From NCBI GenBank assembly GCA_004284765.1, contig NQJD01000021.1:8758-40757 (forward strand): a stretch of 32,000 bases of DNA, in the 5' to 3' direction. Shown piece after piece: positions 31,893 to 32,000 of this stretch. This DNA comes from Candidatus Electronema aureum. GTDB lineage: Bacteria > Desulfobacterota > Desulfobulbia > Desulfobulbales > Desulfobulbaceae. The notes beneath the pieces are model-generated. The model searched no databases and had not been told where the DNA came from. It worked only from the letters and a program-made list of their open reading frames with translations. Made by a program: the position numbers and the translations under genes. The first letter of the stretch is position 1. Every line of letters starts with the position of its first letter.

Positions 31893-32000
31893 TCAATGAA
31901 ATAAAATACAATCGTTGTAGTGATTAATAAATCTCCAAACAGATGCAGTTAAGTTTTCAATGCTTCTCGAAAACGACAATGTCTTCCTGACTAATGCCGA
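31893..32000 (-). CDS. 3' end of a gene running in from the right edge; the tail weakly resembles the C-terminus of IS630/Tc1-type DDE transposases
   Basis: My reverse-strand translation reads ...SALVRKTLSFSRSIENLTASVWRFINHYNDCILFH* with the stop at 31895-31893. The pattern F.S.E.L......FI.HYN recalls transposase C-termini. Only 35 aa are visible. Confidence 0.3.
   Translation of the reverse strand, partial: SALVRKTLSFSRSIENLTASVWRFINHYNDCILFH

Noticed and set aside
1-32000. CRISPR arrays, rRNA genes, riboswitches upstream of guaB, and intact prophage or integron elements
   Set aside because: No regularly spaced identical repeats with unique spacers were seen, no rRNA-like sequence, and no recognisable purine-riboswitch-like conserved stems in the approximately 75-nt guaB leader. 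The only repeat structures are those reported above.

Overview
All similarity calls below come from reading the supplied translations against family signatures recalled from memory. No searches were run, and start codons and promoter or terminator calls are provisional.

The window looks chromosomal and comes from a diderm (Gram-negative) bacterium. The gene content resembles a Desulfobacterota/deltaproteobacterial genome, but that is inference only.

Left to right:
- Partial kdsA.
- A badly decayed IS5-type transposase relic.
- rlmE.
- A three-gene accessory-looking module: a secreted Cys-rich protein, a 3-TM protein and a 921-aa TPR-CHAT caspase-like protease with an export signal.
- pepN.
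- tRNA-Arg(ACG) with its terminator.
- An mlaE-F-D-A-C lipid-asymmetry operon.
- yhbY.
- An 11-gene type II secretion operon in the order gspG-H-I-J-K-L-M-N-C-D-E.
- On the reverse strand: a NYN-nuclease/cold-shock-domain fusion gene immediately downstream of guaB-guaA, then glutaminyl cyclase, a TauE/SafE permease, comF and a type-II NADP isocitrate dehydrogenase.
- An AT-rich edge carrying the tail of a possible transposase.

No CRISPR array, rRNA gene or intact mobile element was seen.

Items most worth a second look:
- The exported TPR-CHAT module and its regularly spaced upstream repeat array.
- T2SS peculiarities: no gspF or gspO in the operon, a secretin with a fused C-terminal TPR domain, a GspC without PDZ, and a GspE N-terminus with MshEN-like tandem motifs.
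- The NYN-CSD fusion coupled to guaBA.
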